Part shown: one piece after another, positions 7,284-16,870 of the stretch
Layout of the letters: the number at the start of each line of letters is the position of its first letter
Position numbering within the stretch: the first letter of the stretch is position 1
Assembly: GCA_044238565.1 (NCBI GenBank)
Contig: JBIIDD010000001.1
Location: forward strand, 1 to 28,644
Length of the DNA stretch: 28,644 bases
Origin: Candidatus Nanopelagicales bacterium
Lineage (GTDB): Bacteria; Actinomycetota; Actinomycetes; S36-B12
Direction: 5' to 3'
Made by a program: the position numbers and the translations under genes
The notes under the pieces: generated by a model
The model's input: only the letters and a program-made list of their open reading frames with translations
Databases searched by the model: none
What the model was told of the DNA's origin: nothing

Positions 7284-8105
7284 ATGACGTGGTTCGAGGC
7301 GGTTGTCCTCGGAGTCATCCAGGGCCTCACGGAGTTCCTGCCGATCTCCTCCAGCGCCCACATCCTCGTGCTGTCGCGGATCTTCGGCTGGGGAGATCCG
7401 GGTGCCGCCTTCACTGCAGTGACTCAGATCGGCACGGAGGTTGCGGTCCTCATCTACTTCCGCCACGACATCGCGCGAATCCTGAGCGCCTGGGGTCGCA
7501 GCCTCGTCCGACCCGAATTGCGTGGCTCGCCTGACGCCCGACTTGGCTGGTACGTCATCCTCGGCACGATTCCCATCGTGGTGCTGGGATTGGCCTTCAC
7601 CGAGCAGATCGAGACGGTCGCGCGCAATCTGTGGATCACGGCCACCATGCTCGCCGTCTTCGGTGTGCTGCTGGGGCTCGCCGATCGCTTCGGCCGCAAG
7701 GAGCGCGAGATCAGCGTGATGCGCACTCGCGATGCGATCGCCCTGGGATGCGCCCAGGCACTAGCGCTCATCCCCGGTGTCTCTCGGTCGGGCGCCACCA
7801 TCACGATGGGGCTGACCCTCGGCTACACCCGGGAGGCGGCCACACGCTACGCCTTCCTCCTCGCCATCCCCGCAGTGCTCGGATCAGGGTTCTACGAGGC
7901 CACGCGCATCGGCGACGACCCGCAGGTTGCCTGGGGGCAGACCATCCTCGCGACCGTGATCGCCTTCACGGTCGGCTATGCCGTCATCGCCTGGCTGCTG
8001 CGCTACCTGCGGACGGGCTCATATATGCCCTTCGTCGTCTACCGGCTGGCACTCGCCGCCTTCATCGTGGCATTGCTCGTCACCGGCACGATCACGGCCA
8101 CCTAG
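7284..8105 (+). CDS. uppP: Undecaprenyl-diphosphate phosphatase
   Basis: GVIQGLTEFLPISSSAH and LALIPGVSRSGATI BacA motifs; polytopic membrane protein. Confidence 0.95.
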   Translation: MTWFEAVVLGVIQGLTEFLPISSSAHILVLSRIFGWGDPGAAFTAVTQIGTEVAVLIYFRHDIARILSAWGRSLVRPELRGSPDARLGWYVILGTIPIVVLGLAFTEQIETVARNLWITATMLAVFGVLLGLADRFGRKEREISVMRTRDAIALGCAQALALIPGVSRSGATITMGLTLGYTREAATRYAFLLAIPAVLGSGFYEATRIGDDPQVAWGQTILATVIAFTVGYAVIAWLLRYLRTGSYMPFVVYRLALAAFIVALLVTGTITAT

Positions 8106-8108
8106 CCG

Positions 8109-9107
8109 CTAGAGCCACCCGGACTTCTTGAAGCCCCGGTAGAGGAGCAGGCAGATGCCTGTCATCACCGCGAGCACAGCCGGATAGCCGAACGTCCAGT
8201 GAAGCTCGGGCATGTCGTCGAAGTTCATGCCGTAGATCCCTGCGATGGCCGTGGGTACGGCGATGATGGCCGCCCAGGCCGAGATCTTGCGCATGTCCTT
8301 GTTCTGGAGCAGATCCTGGCGGGCGGTGCTCGCCATGAGCATCGTCATGAGCGTGGAGTCGAATCCGTCGACCATGTCTCCCGCTCGCAGGATGTTGTCG
8401 CCCACATCGCGCAGGTAGGGATGCAGGGGAGGGGGCACCAGTGGAAGCGCATCGCGCGCGAGTCTCTGGGAGTCCGGAAGCAGTGGTTGCACGGCGCGCC
8501 GCATCTCGATGTTCTCGCGATTGAGGCGGTAGATCCGATTCGCGGCCTGCGATGGCTGATCGGAGAAGACCTGCTGCTCGATCTCCTCGATATCGGACTG
8601 GATGGCCTCACCCACTGCGAGGTACTGACGGGCGGCGACATCCGCTATGGCCCAGAAGATCGAGAGGGGACCGGTGGCGGCGAGTTCGGGGTGCGAGGCG
8701 AGTCGAGCGGCGACGACCTCGGTGTCCTCTGCACGGCCCATGCGCATCGTGATCGCATAGCCGGGACCAACGAAGCAGGCCACCTGCCCGGTCTCGACGT
8801 CCGACGTATCGTCGACCCACTCGAGGACCTTCAGGAGCACGAAGAGGCTCGTGTCAGCGATATCGATCTTGGCGCGCTGCTGCTGGGAGACGGCATCTTC
8901 GAGAAGCAACGGCTCGAGATGGAAGGTCTCTGCCACCAGGTCGACCTCCGTCCGCGTGGGGTCGGAGAGAGCGATCCAGGTGAAGTCGGTCGGCGCTGCG
9001 ACGGTATCGCGCGCAGCCTGGAGAGCCTCGGGCGAAGGTGCTGCACCCGGGGAGTGGCGCGTGGAGTCGAGCCTGCCCTCCCGGTAGGTGCCCATGATCC
9101 GGATCAC
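8109..9107 (-). CDS. corA: CorA family Mg/Co transporter, 332 aa
   Basis: C-terminal TM pair with IYGMNFDDMPEL (GMN). GTG at 9107 chosen for its GGGAGG-N6 RBS and because it avoids overlap with the divergent gene. Confidence 0.88.
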   Translation of the reverse strand: MIRIMGTYREGRLDSTRHSPGAAPSPEALQAARDTVAAPTDFTWIALSDPTRTEVDLVAETFHLEPLLLEDAVSQQQRAKIDIADTSLFVLLKVLEWVDDTSDVETGQVACFVGPGYAITMRMGRAEDTEVVAARLASHPELAATGPLSIFWAIADVAARQYLAVGEAIQSDIEEIEQQVFSDQPSQAANRIYRLNRENIEMRRAVQPLLPDSQRLARDALPLVPPPLHPYLRDVGDNILRAGDMVDGFDSTLMTMLMASTARQDLLQNKDMRKISAWAAIIAVPTAIAGIYGMNFDDMPELHWTFGYPAVLAVMTGICLLLYRGFKKSGWL

Positions 9108-9161
9108 GTGTCGCCTCCCATGCCGGCGGCTGTCGCCCGCCTTCTCCGATAGCGTCGCGGC

Positions 9162-9842
9162 ATGCCGCTGGTCATCCTCGTCCGACATGGTCGCACGCCG
9201 GCCAATGCTCAAGGGATTCTCGCCGGCTGGACGCCCGGCGTTCATCTGGACGACCAGGGTGTGGCACAGGCAGCGGCTGCCGCTGATCGCCTCCGGGCAC
9301 TACGGCTCACGGCCATCGTGAGCAGTCCACTGGAGCGCACGGTGCAGACGGCGGAGGCGCTCGACCGCGCCCAGCGCCGTCCGCCCGGTGTCTCGCTCGA
9401 CGAGCGGCTGGGGGAGTGCCGCTACGGCGCGTGGACCAATCGTCCGCTGTCCGAGCTGGCGAAGTCCCCGCTGTGGCGCACGGTCCAGGAGCGCCCGAGC
9501 GCCGTGACCTTCCCGGAGGGCGAGTCGCTGCCCCAGATGCAGGCCCGCGCCGTAACAGCCGTGCACGAGTGGAACGAGCGCCTCGGCGACCGAGCGACGT
9601 ACGCCGTCGTCTCCCATGGCGACGTCATCAAGGCGATCCTCGCTGATGCACTCGGCACGCACCTGGATCAGTTCCAGCGCATCGTGGTGGATCCCGCCTC
9701 CGTGTCGGTGGTGCGCTACGGCGCACGGGGGGTGCAGGTCCTGCACGTGAATGATCGTGGATCCGATCTCGCGCCTCTCGCGCGCACGCGCCGCTCCCGG
9801 AAGGTCGAGGGCACGGTGGGCGGTGGCTCGGGGGAGCATTAG
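9162..9842 (+). CDS. Histidine phosphatase / phosphoglycerate mutase family (MSMEG_4193-type)
   Basis: LVRHGRT, SSPLERT, LGECRYG, VVSHGDVIK. TAGCGT-N6 precedes the ATG. Confidence 0.88.
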   Translation: MPLVILVRHGRTPANAQGILAGWTPGVHLDDQGVAQAAAAADRLRALRLTAIVSSPLERTVQTAEALDRAQRRPPGVSLDERLGECRYGAWTNRPLSELAKSPLWRTVQERPSAVTFPEGESLPQMQARAVTAVHEWNERLGDRATYAVVSHGDVIKAILADALGTHLDQFQRIVVDPASVSVVRYGARGVQVLHVNDRGSDLAPLARTRRSRKVEGTVGGGSGEH

Positions 9843-9868
9843 GCGACCTCCCCGGATACGGTGACGGT

Positions 9869-10408
9869 GTGCCACGCCGTATCCACTCCTACGTCGACCC
9901 GCGGCGCTTCGTCGCAGGCACGGTGGGATTGCCGGGTGAGCGGACCTTCTACCTGCAGGCCAGCGACGCCCGCTCCGTGACATCGGTCGCGCTCGAGAAG
10001 GCGCAGGTGGCGATGCTCGCCGAGCGAGTCGAACGTCTGCTCGCACAGGCCGGAGTGCCCGAGTCTGCGGGTCGCGATGACACCGACGCCCTCGCCTTGC
10101 CCCTGGAGGAGGAGTTCCGCGTGGGTGCCCTCGGTATCGCGTGGCTTCCCGACGAGGGCTCCGGCGAGAGGGTGCTTATCGAAGCGCACGCCCTGGGTGA
10201 GGAGGATGCTGCCGAGCCCGGTGATGACGATGACGATGCGGCTGACACCCTGCGCGTGTCCCTGTCCCCGGACGCCGCCGCGGCCTTCGCGCGACGAGCT
10301 CAAGCCCTCGTGGCCGCGGGGCGCCCGCCCTGCCCCTTCTGCTTGCAGCCCCTCGATGCGAATGGCCACATCTGCCCGCGTGCCAATGGATACCGACGCA
10401 GGGTGTGA
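9869..10408 (+). CDS. DUF3090 family protein
   Basis: RFVAGTVGLPGERTFYLQA, VALEKAQV, C-terminal GRPPCPFCLQPLD..GHICPRANGY (Zn-ribbon-like). Confidence 0.88.
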   Translation: MPRRIHSYVDPRRFVAGTVGLPGERTFYLQASDARSVTSVALEKAQVAMLAERVERLLAQAGVPESAGRDDTDALALPLEEEFRVGALGIAWLPDEGSGERVLIEAHALGEEDAAEPGDDDDDAADTLRVSLSPDAAAAFARRAQALVAAGRPPCPFCLQPLDANGHICPRANGYRRRV

Positions 10409-11199
10409 GTGTGACGCCTGCAGAGTTGGAGAGCGTGCTGTCGCAGGGCGATGTGACGGTCGAGGGCAGGCTTTGGGACTCCTCGAACTCGGCGATGCGG
10501 GTCGAGTGCAGCGCAGGTGCGGCGCTGGTGCGCGCGGTCTACAAGCCCCGGCGAGGCGAGCGACCCCTCTGGGACTTCCCCACGGGCTCTCTGGGGGAGC
10601 GCGAGGTGGCCACGTATGTGATCGACCGAGCGCTGGGCTGGGACCTTGTCCCGGTCACGGTGTGGAGGGACGACGCCCCGCTCGGGCCCGGCAGCCTCCA
10701 GGTCTGGGTGGACGTGGCTCCGGAGGACCCGCCCGTCGACGTCGTGGACGCAGATTGCGTGCCCCCGGGATGGCATGTGGTCGTGGAGGGGGAGGGAGCA
10801 CGTGGTGACCATGTGTGCCTCGTCCACGAGGAGTCCATTCCCCTGCGTCGGGTCGCCCTGCTCGACTCCATCGTCAACAACGCCGACCGCAAGGGTGGGC
10901 ACGTCCTGCGCGCGACTCCGGGGGCCGTCGCCGGTATCGATCACGGTCTGACCTTCCATGTCGAGCCCAAGCTGCGCACCGTGCTCTGGGGCTGGGCGGG
11001 CACGCCCATCGGTCCGTCAGAGCTCGCGGACCTGAGCACCCTCGCCGACGGCTGGGGGCTGGTGGCTGAGCAATTGGAGTTGCTGCTCACGCAGTCGGAG
11101 ATCGCCGCGGCGCGTGATCGTCTCCAGGCCCTGCTGCGCGCGGGCGAGTATCCGCTCCCGGACGGAGGATGGCCGGAGCTGCCCTGGCCCGCCATGTGA
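10405..11199 (+). CDS. SCO1664 family protein (PI3/4-kinase-like fold, function unknown)
   Basis: VYKP..GERPLWDFP.G.L..REVA, NNADRKGGH, IDHGLTFH, LRTVLWGWAG. GTGA overlap with the DUF3090 gene. Confidence 0.88.
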   Translation: MSVTPAELESVLSQGDVTVEGRLWDSSNSAMRVECSAGAALVRAVYKPRRGERPLWDFPTGSLGEREVATYVIDRALGWDLVPVTVWRDDAPLGPGSLQVWVDVAPEDPPVDVVDADCVPPGWHVVVEGEGARGDHVCLVHEESIPLRRVALLDSIVNNADRKGGHVLRATPGAVAGIDHGLTFHVEPKLRTVLWGWAGTPIGPSELADLSTLADGWGLVAEQLELLLTQSEIAAARDRLQALLRAGEYPLPDGGWPELPWPAM

Positions 11200-11226
11200 G
11201 ATCGGCGGATCTCCTAGGCTCACACC

Positions 11227-12459
11227 ATGGAGTCCTGGCCGAGGCCGCTCGTCCCATCGCTGGGGCCCGGTGGTCGACCCGTGCGTGTGCTGGATACGTC
11301 GAGCGGGGAACGTCGGCCCACGGCTCCCGGGGAGGAGGCTCGGCTCTACGTCTGCGGGATCACCCCGTACGACGCCACGCATATGGGTCACGCCGCCACC
11401 TACCTCGCCTTCGACACGCTGGTGAGGGCGTGGATCGATGCCGGGCATCGGGTCCGCTACGTGCAGAACGTCACCGACATCGACGATCCTCTCCTCGAGC
11501 GCGCTGTCGCGACCGGCCAGGACTGGCGGGAGATTGCCCAGCGCGAGACGCAACTCTTCCGTGAGGACATGGAGTTCCTGCGCGTCCTCCCCCCGGACGA
11601 CTACATCGGGGCGGTCGAATCGATCCCCAGTGTCGTGAGGTGCATCCAGGGCCTGCAGGAGCGCGGTGCGGTGTACGACGTCGACGGCGATCTCTACTTC
11701 GACATTTCGGCGGATCCGCTCTTCGGGGGAGTCTCCGGTCTCTCGCGCGAGGACATGCTCGAGGTGTTCGCCGAGCGAGGAGGCGACCCGCTACGGCCCG
11801 GCAAGCGAGATCCGCTGGACCCTCTGCTCTGGCGCGCCGCACGTCCGGAGGAGCCAGCCTGGGACACAGCCCTGGGTCACGGTCGACCGGGTTGGCACAT
11901 CGAGTGCGTGGCCATCGCGCTGGACCACCTCGGCATGACCTTCGACGTCCAGGGTGGAGGTCGCGACCTCGTCTTCCCCCATCACGAGATGGGAGCCAGC
12001 CACGCGGAGGTGCTCGAGGGCACCCGGCCCTACGCGCGCGACTACGTCCACGCGGGCATGGTCGGGCTCGATGGCGTGAAAATGAGCAAGTCGCTCGGCA
12101 ATCTCGTCTTCGTGCATCGCCTGCGCGATGGGGGCGTGAGCGCGGGTGCCATCCGGCTCGCCGTGCTCGCCCACCACTACCGCGATGACTGGGACTGGAC
12201 CGATGAGGGCCTTGCGCAGGCCGAGTCGAGACTGGATCGCTGGCGCCGCGCTGCCGCGCTGGCTGCGGGCCCCGCCGCGGAGGCCACGTTGACCGACATG
12301 CGTGCCGCGATCGCCGATGACCTTCGCACACCCGAAGCCCTCGCTGTGGTCGATCGCTGGGCGGATGAGGCACTCACGCGAGGTGGCAGCGATCCCTCGT
12401 CGCCCGCGCGAGTCCGCAGTGCCGTGGATGCGCTGCTGGGAGTGGATCTAGTCGGGTAG
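11227..12459 (+). CDS. mshC: L-cysteine:1D-myo-inositol 2-amino-2-deoxy-alpha-D-glucopyranoside ligase (mycothiol biosynthesis)
   Basis: [51 protein letters not shown]. CysRS-like without an anticodon domain. Confidence 0.95.
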   Translation: MESWPRPLVPSLGPGGRPVRVLDTSSGERRPTAPGEEARLYVCGITPYDATHMGHAATYLAFDTLVRAWIDAGHRVRYVQNVTDIDDPLLERAVATGQDWREIAQRETQLFREDMEFLRVLPPDDYIGAVESIPSVVRCIQGLQERGAVYDVDGDLYFDISADPLFGGVSGLSREDMLEVFAERGGDPLRPGKRDPLDPLLWRAARPEEPAWDTALGHGRPGWHIECVAIALDHLGMTFDVQGGGRDLVFPHHEMGASHAEVLEGTRPYARDYVHAGMVGLDGVKMSKSLGNLVFVHRLRDGGVSAGAIRLAVLAHHYRDDWDWTDEGLAQAESRLDRWRRAAALAAGPAAEATLTDMRAAIADDLRTPEALAVVDRWADEALTRGGSDPSSPARVRSAVDALLGVDLVG

Positions 12460-12466
12460 CCGTGGG

Positions 12467-13501
12467 CTACGACGACTTCTCGTCGTGGCCGCCGAACTCC
12501 TTGCGCTGGGCAGACATCACCCGGTAGGCGAAGTCGGCCATCCCCTGACTGTCGAAGCGCGAGTAGAGGGCTTCGGTGAGCACGGGTGCAGCCACCCCCT
12601 CCTCGATCGCCGCAATCGACGTCCAGCGGCCCTCACCCGAGTCCGACACCCGGCCGGAGAACTCCGCGAGGTCACCCGATCGCGAGAGGGCGAGGGCGGT
12701 GAGGTCGAGGAGCCATGAGCCGACGACACTGCCACGCCGCCAGACTTCGGTGATGGCGGGCAGGTCGAACGAGTACTGGTAGTACTCGGGATGCTCGAGT
12801 GGCGCTGTCTCCGCATCGGAATCGCGCTGTCGAAGGCCGGTGTCGGCGTGCTTGAGGATGTTGAGGCCTTCCGCGTAGGCCGCCATGAGGCCGTACTCGA
12901 TGCCGTTGTGCACCATCTTCACGAAGTGACCCGCGCCGCTCGGTCCGCAGTGCAGCCAGCCGGCCTCACCGGGCAGGAGCGCTCCGGTGCGATCCGCGGT
13001 GCGCGGGGCAGACTCGACACCGGGCGCGACCGAGTTCCAGATCGGATCGAGGCGGTTCACGGCCTCATCGTCCCCACCGATCATGAGCGAGTAGCCGCGC
13101 TCGAGACCCCATACGCCGCCCGATGTCCCGCAGTCGACGTAGTGGATGCCCCGGGGGTGCAACGCGGCAGATCGTCGGATGTCGTCGCGGTAGTAGGAGT
13201 TGCCGCCGTCGATCATCGTGTCTCCGCCGTCCAGCAGGCCGCCCAGTTCGTCGACGACCGCCTGGGTGATGGCGCCGGCTGGGACCATGATCCAGACGTT
13301 GCGCGGGCCCTCCATCTTGGCGACGAGGTCGGCCAGCGAGTCAGCGCCCACGGCCCCCTCCGCGACGAGGGCGGCCACGGCGGCGGGGTCGCGGTCGTAG
13401 ACCACCGCGGAGTGTCCGTCCCGCATGATGCGCCGGACGATGTTGGCGCCCATGCGCCCCAGGCCGATCATGCCCAATTGCATGGGTTGCGACGTCGCCA
13501 T
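12467..13501 (-). CDS. gnd: Decarboxylating 6-phosphogluconate dehydrogenase (short YqeC/GntZ-like type), 344 aa
   Basis: GMIGLGRMG, IDGGNS, DCGTSGG, GAGHFVKMVHNGIEYG, DSGEGRW, FGGH. GAAGGAG SD upstream of ATG 13501. Confidence 0.92.
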   Translation of the reverse strand: MATSQPMQLGMIGLGRMGANIVRRIMRDGHSAVVYDRDPAAVAALVAEGAVGADSLADLVAKMEGPRNVWIMVPAGAITQAVVDELGGLLDGGDTMIDGGNSYYRDDIRRSAALHPRGIHYVDCGTSGGVWGLERGYSLMIGGDDEAVNRLDPIWNSVAPGVESAPRTADRTGALLPGEAGWLHCGPSGAGHFVKMVHNGIEYGLMAAYAEGLNILKHADTGLRQRDSDAETAPLEHPEYYQYSFDLPAITEVWRRGSVVGSWLLDLTALALSRSGDLAEFSGRVSDSGEGRWTSIAAIEEGVAAPVLTEALYSRFDSQGMADFAYRVMSAQRKEFGGHDEKSS

Positions 13502-13598
13502 GGCGTCATCACTCCTTCGGGTAACCGCAGCATGAGCGCGGGATGTCTCCTGGCCCATACCGTGTACGACTCCGACACCGTAGTGCAAGGCTTATCGC

Positions 13599-15236
13599 AT
13601 GAACTCCATGGAATCCGCTGACCCGACGAGGACCGAGGCGTGGGGCAGACTGCGCGGCCTTGCCGATGGCATGCGGACCCGCCCGCTCCGGGATCTCTTC
13701 GCCGAGGAGCCGGAGAGGGGACCCGCGTGGACTCTGGAGGCCGCCGGCCTCAGGGCGGACTTCAGCAAGCAGCGCGTCACCGATGACGTGATGGCCGCAC
13801 TGGTGGAGCTCTCTCGCGAGCAGGGGGTGCTGGCCAAGCGGGATGCGATGTTCGCGGGCACGCACGTCAACGGCACCGAGGATCGTGCGGTCCTGCACAC
13901 GGCACTCCGACTGCCCGCGGGGGCGACGCTCGAGGTCGACGGCGTCGACGTCGCGGGGGAGGTGCACGAGGTTCTCGCCCGCATGGCGGACTTCTCGGAT
14001 CGTGTGCGCGATGGGAGTTGGAGAGGAGCCACGGGCGAACGCATCGTCAATGTGGTCAACATCGGCATCGGTGGATCAGACCTTGGACCGGCGATGGCAT
14101 ATGCGGCACTGCGCTACTACTCCGACCGAGCGATGACCTTCCGGTTCGTCTCCAACGTCGATCCCACCGACATCACCGAAGCCCTACTCGGACTCGAGCC
14201 GGCACAGACGCTCTTCATCGTGGCGTCGAAGACCTTCGGCACCCAGGAGACTCTCACCAACGCCAAGGCCGCGCGCCAGTGGATCGTCGAGGCGCTCGGA
14301 GAAGGCGCGGTCGGGAAGCACTTCGTCGCGGTCTCGACCAATGGCGAGCGGGTCGCGGCATTCGGCATCGATACGGCCAACATGTTCGGCTTCTGGGACT
14401 GGGTCGGGGGCCGCTACTCCATGGACTCCGCCATCGGGCTGAGCACCATGATCGCCATCGGCCCGCAGCGATTCCGAGAGATGCTCGACGGCTTCCACGC
14501 GATGGACCAGCACTTCCTACATGCGGCACCCGAGGTCAACGTGCCGCTGCGCATGGGTCTCATCGCCGTGTGGAATCGTGACTTCCTCGATATCCCGACC
14601 ACTGCCGTGCTGCCCTACGCGCAGTTCCTCGCGCGCTTCCCGGCGTACCTCCAGCAGCTCACCATGGAGAGCAATGGCAAATCCGTGCGCATGGACGGCG
14701 CCCATGTGGACTACAACACCGGCGCGATCTACTGGGGAGAGCCGGGCACCAATGGCCAGCACTCCTTCTACCAGTTGCTGCATCAGGGCACGGAGATCGT
14801 CGCCTGCGACTTCATCCTCTTTGCCCAGGCCCTCGAACCCGTCTTCGACATGCAGGACATGCTCGCGGCGAATGCCCTCGCGCAGGCGGCCGTGCTCGCC
14901 TTCGGGCGTACGGCGGACGAGGTGCGTGCAGACGGCACGCCTGCTGACCTCGTGCCCCACAAGGTGATGCCCGGCAACCGGCCGTCGACGTTCATCCTCG
15001 CCGCGCGCTTGGAACCGCACGCCCTGGGCGCACTCATTGCCCTCTATGAGCACAGCGTCTTCGTGCAGGGGGCCGTCTGGGGTATCGACAGCTTCGACCA
15101 GTGGGGCGTCGAGTTGGGCAAGGCGATGGCCAACTCCATCCTGCCGGATCTGCAGGATGCGGACCGTCCGCTGGACCGGGACTCGTCGACGGATGCGCTC
15201 ATCCGCGCCTACCAGGCCCTGCACGCGCAAGCCTGA
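13599..15236 (+). CDS. pgi: Glucose-6-phosphate isomerase
   Basis: [59 protein letters not shown]. Confidence 0.96.
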   Translation: MNSMESADPTRTEAWGRLRGLADGMRTRPLRDLFAEEPERGPAWTLEAAGLRADFSKQRVTDDVMAALVELSREQGVLAKRDAMFAGTHVNGTEDRAVLHTALRLPAGATLEVDGVDVAGEVHEVLARMADFSDRVRDGSWRGATGERIVNVVNIGIGGSDLGPAMAYAALRYYSDRAMTFRFVSNVDPTDITEALLGLEPAQTLFIVASKTFGTQETLTNAKAARQWIVEALGEGAVGKHFVAVSTNGERVAAFGIDTANMFGFWDWVGGRYSMDSAIGLSTMIAIGPQRFREMLDGFHAMDQHFLHAAPEVNVPLRMGLIAVWNRDFLDIPTTAVLPYAQFLARFPAYLQQLTMESNGKSVRMDGAHVDYNTGAIYWGEPGTNGQHSFYQLLHQGTEIVACDFILFAQALEPVFDMQDMLAANALAQAAVLAFGRTADEVRADGTPADLVPHKVMPGNRPSTFILAARLEPHALGALIALYEHSVFVQGAVWGIDSFDQWGVELGKAMANSILPDLQDADRPLDRDSSTDALIRAYQALHAQA

Positions 15237-15245
15237 TCGCTGGGG

Positions 15246-16097
15246 TCAACCGCCGTCGGTGCCCCTGCGCCGCAAGTAGCGCTCGAACTCCAGGGCGATC
15301 GCCTCTCCGCTCGCTTCGGGGAGGTCGGTCGTGTCACGAGCCTCCTCGAGCTGGCGCACGTAGTCAGCGACCTCCTCGTCGTCGGCTGCGAGCTCGTCGA
15401 CGCCGATCTCCCAGGCGCGCGCATCTTCGACGAGATCGGCCAGGGGCACGGGTACGTCGAGGAGGTCTTCGACGCGTCGCACGAGGGCCAGGGTGGCCTT
15501 GGGCGAAGGCGCCTGGGCGACGTAGTGGGGTACGGCGGCCCACAGGGAGACCGCGGGAAGCCCGCGGCGGCTGCATGCCTCCTGGAGCACTCCGACGATG
15601 CCTGTCGGGCCCTCGTAGTGCGACGGCTCCACCCCAAGGCTGAGCGCGGTGCCAGGATCGGTCGATGTGCCTGTGACGGGGACGGGCCTGGAGTGTGGAC
15701 TGTCGGAGAGGAGTGCGCCCAGCGTGACGGACAGGGTCACACCGAGTTCGGCGGCCAGCACGAGGATCTCATCGGTGAACTGGCGCCAACGCATGTTGGG
15801 TTCGATGCCGTGGACCAGCACCACATCGCGAGCGGCCAGGGGCAGCCGGGCGACGTAGATGCGCGTGGTGGGCCACGTGAGTTGACGCACTCCTTCGTCG
15901 TCGAACGCGATCACGGGCCTGTTGACCTGGTAGTCGTAGTAGTCCTCGGGGTCGATCTCGGCGAGTGGCGTCGCATCCCACACGCGGATGAGATGGGCGA
16001 CGGCATCACTTGCGGCATCGCCCGCGTCATTCCAGCCCTCGAAGGCAGCGACGAGGACGGGGTCGACCAACTCGGGTAGGGCCTCGAACTCGATCAT
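15246..16097 (-). CDS. PAC2 (proteasome assembly chaperone) family protein, 283 aa
   Basis: AAFEGWNDAGDAAS, DPEDYYDYQVNRP, GIEPNMRW, LGALL.D.PHSRP, YEGPTGIVG, WAAVPHY. GGAGG-N7 RBS before ATG 16097. Confidence 0.9.
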   Translation of the reverse strand: MIEFEALPELVDPVLVAAFEGWNDAGDAASDAVAHLIRVWDATPLAEIDPEDYYDYQVNRPVIAFDDEGVRQLTWPTTRIYVARLPLAARDVVLVHGIEPNMRWRQFTDEILVLAAELGVTLSVTLGALLSDSPHSRPVPVTGTSTDPGTALSLGVEPSHYEGPTGIVGVLQEACSRRGLPAVSLWAAVPHYVAQAPSPKATLALVRRVEDLLDVPVPLADLVEDARAWEIGVDELAADDEEVADYVRQLEEARDTTDLPEASGEAIALEFERYLRRRGTDGG

Positions 16098-16192
16098 GCG
16101 GCCACCTCCGATCGCCGAGACGCGCGCCCCCGCCGCGCTCACCCTATGTCACGGCATGGGCTCCGAGGGGTGCGCCGCTAGCCTGCCTGCTC

Positions 16193-16870
16193 ATGGACCT
16201 CCCTGCTGCGGTGCTCTTCGACCTCGACGGCACGCTCATCGACTCTGAGGACCTGTGGTGGGATGCCGAGTGCCGGGTCGTGTCGAGCTGGGGGGGCACC
16301 TGGACGCGTGACGATCAGGCGCACTGCCTCGGGGGCCCGCTTGAGCGGGTGACGTCGTACATGGCTGATCGCACAGGCTCGCCACATGCGCCGGATGTGA
16401 TCGGCGCCGAGCTGCTTGCCACCATGGAGTGGCTCCTGCGATCAGGTGACCTCGTGTGGCGCCCGGGCGCGCTCGAACTCCTCACCGAGTGCCGCGCGGG
16501 TGGTGTGCCGACCGCGCTGGTGTCGGCGTCTCATCGTCGACTTCTCAGCGCCGTGTCCGACGCCGTGTCAGGTCGACAGGGCATTCCCGAGCCCGCCTTC
16601 GATGTCACCGTGGCCGGTGACGAGGTGGACGAGGGCAAGCCCCACCCCGAGCCCTATCTCGCGGCCGCGCGACATCTCGGCGTCCCCATCGAGGCATGCA
16701 TCGTGATCGAGGATTCGCCCACGGGAGTGGCAGCGGGACAGGCCAGCGGTGCCTATGTCCTCGCGGTGCCGCATCTCGTGCCGATTCCGGAGCATCCGCG
16801 CCGTCGCGTGCTCGAGTCGCTCGACGGCGTGACGCTGGCGGATCTGCGGGCCTGGGCTAGCCTCCCCTGA
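16193..16870 (+). CDS. HAD family phosphatase, 225 aa
   Basis: FDLDGTLIDSE motif I, LVSAS motif II, GKPHPEPY, IEDSPTGV. Confidence 0.9.
   Translation: MDLPAAVLFDLDGTLIDSEDLWWDAECRVVSSWGGTWTRDDQAHCLGGPLERVTSYMADRTGSPHAPDVIGAELLATMEWLLRSGDLVWRPGALELLTECRAGGVPTALVSASHRRLLSAVSDAVSGRQGIPEPAFDVTVAGDEVDEGKPHPEPYLAAARHLGVPIEACIVIEDSPTGVAAGQASGAYVLAVPHLVPIPEHPRRRVLESLDGVTLADLRAWASLP

Noticed and set aside
9108-9245. Longer N-terminus of CorA
   Set aside because: Would overlap the divergent phosphatase gene head-to-head; GTG 9107 has a clear SD.
12791-13621. 276-aa ORF antisense to gnd
   Set aside because: Shadow ORF typical of high-GC codon bias; no motifs, and it fully overlaps a confident gene.
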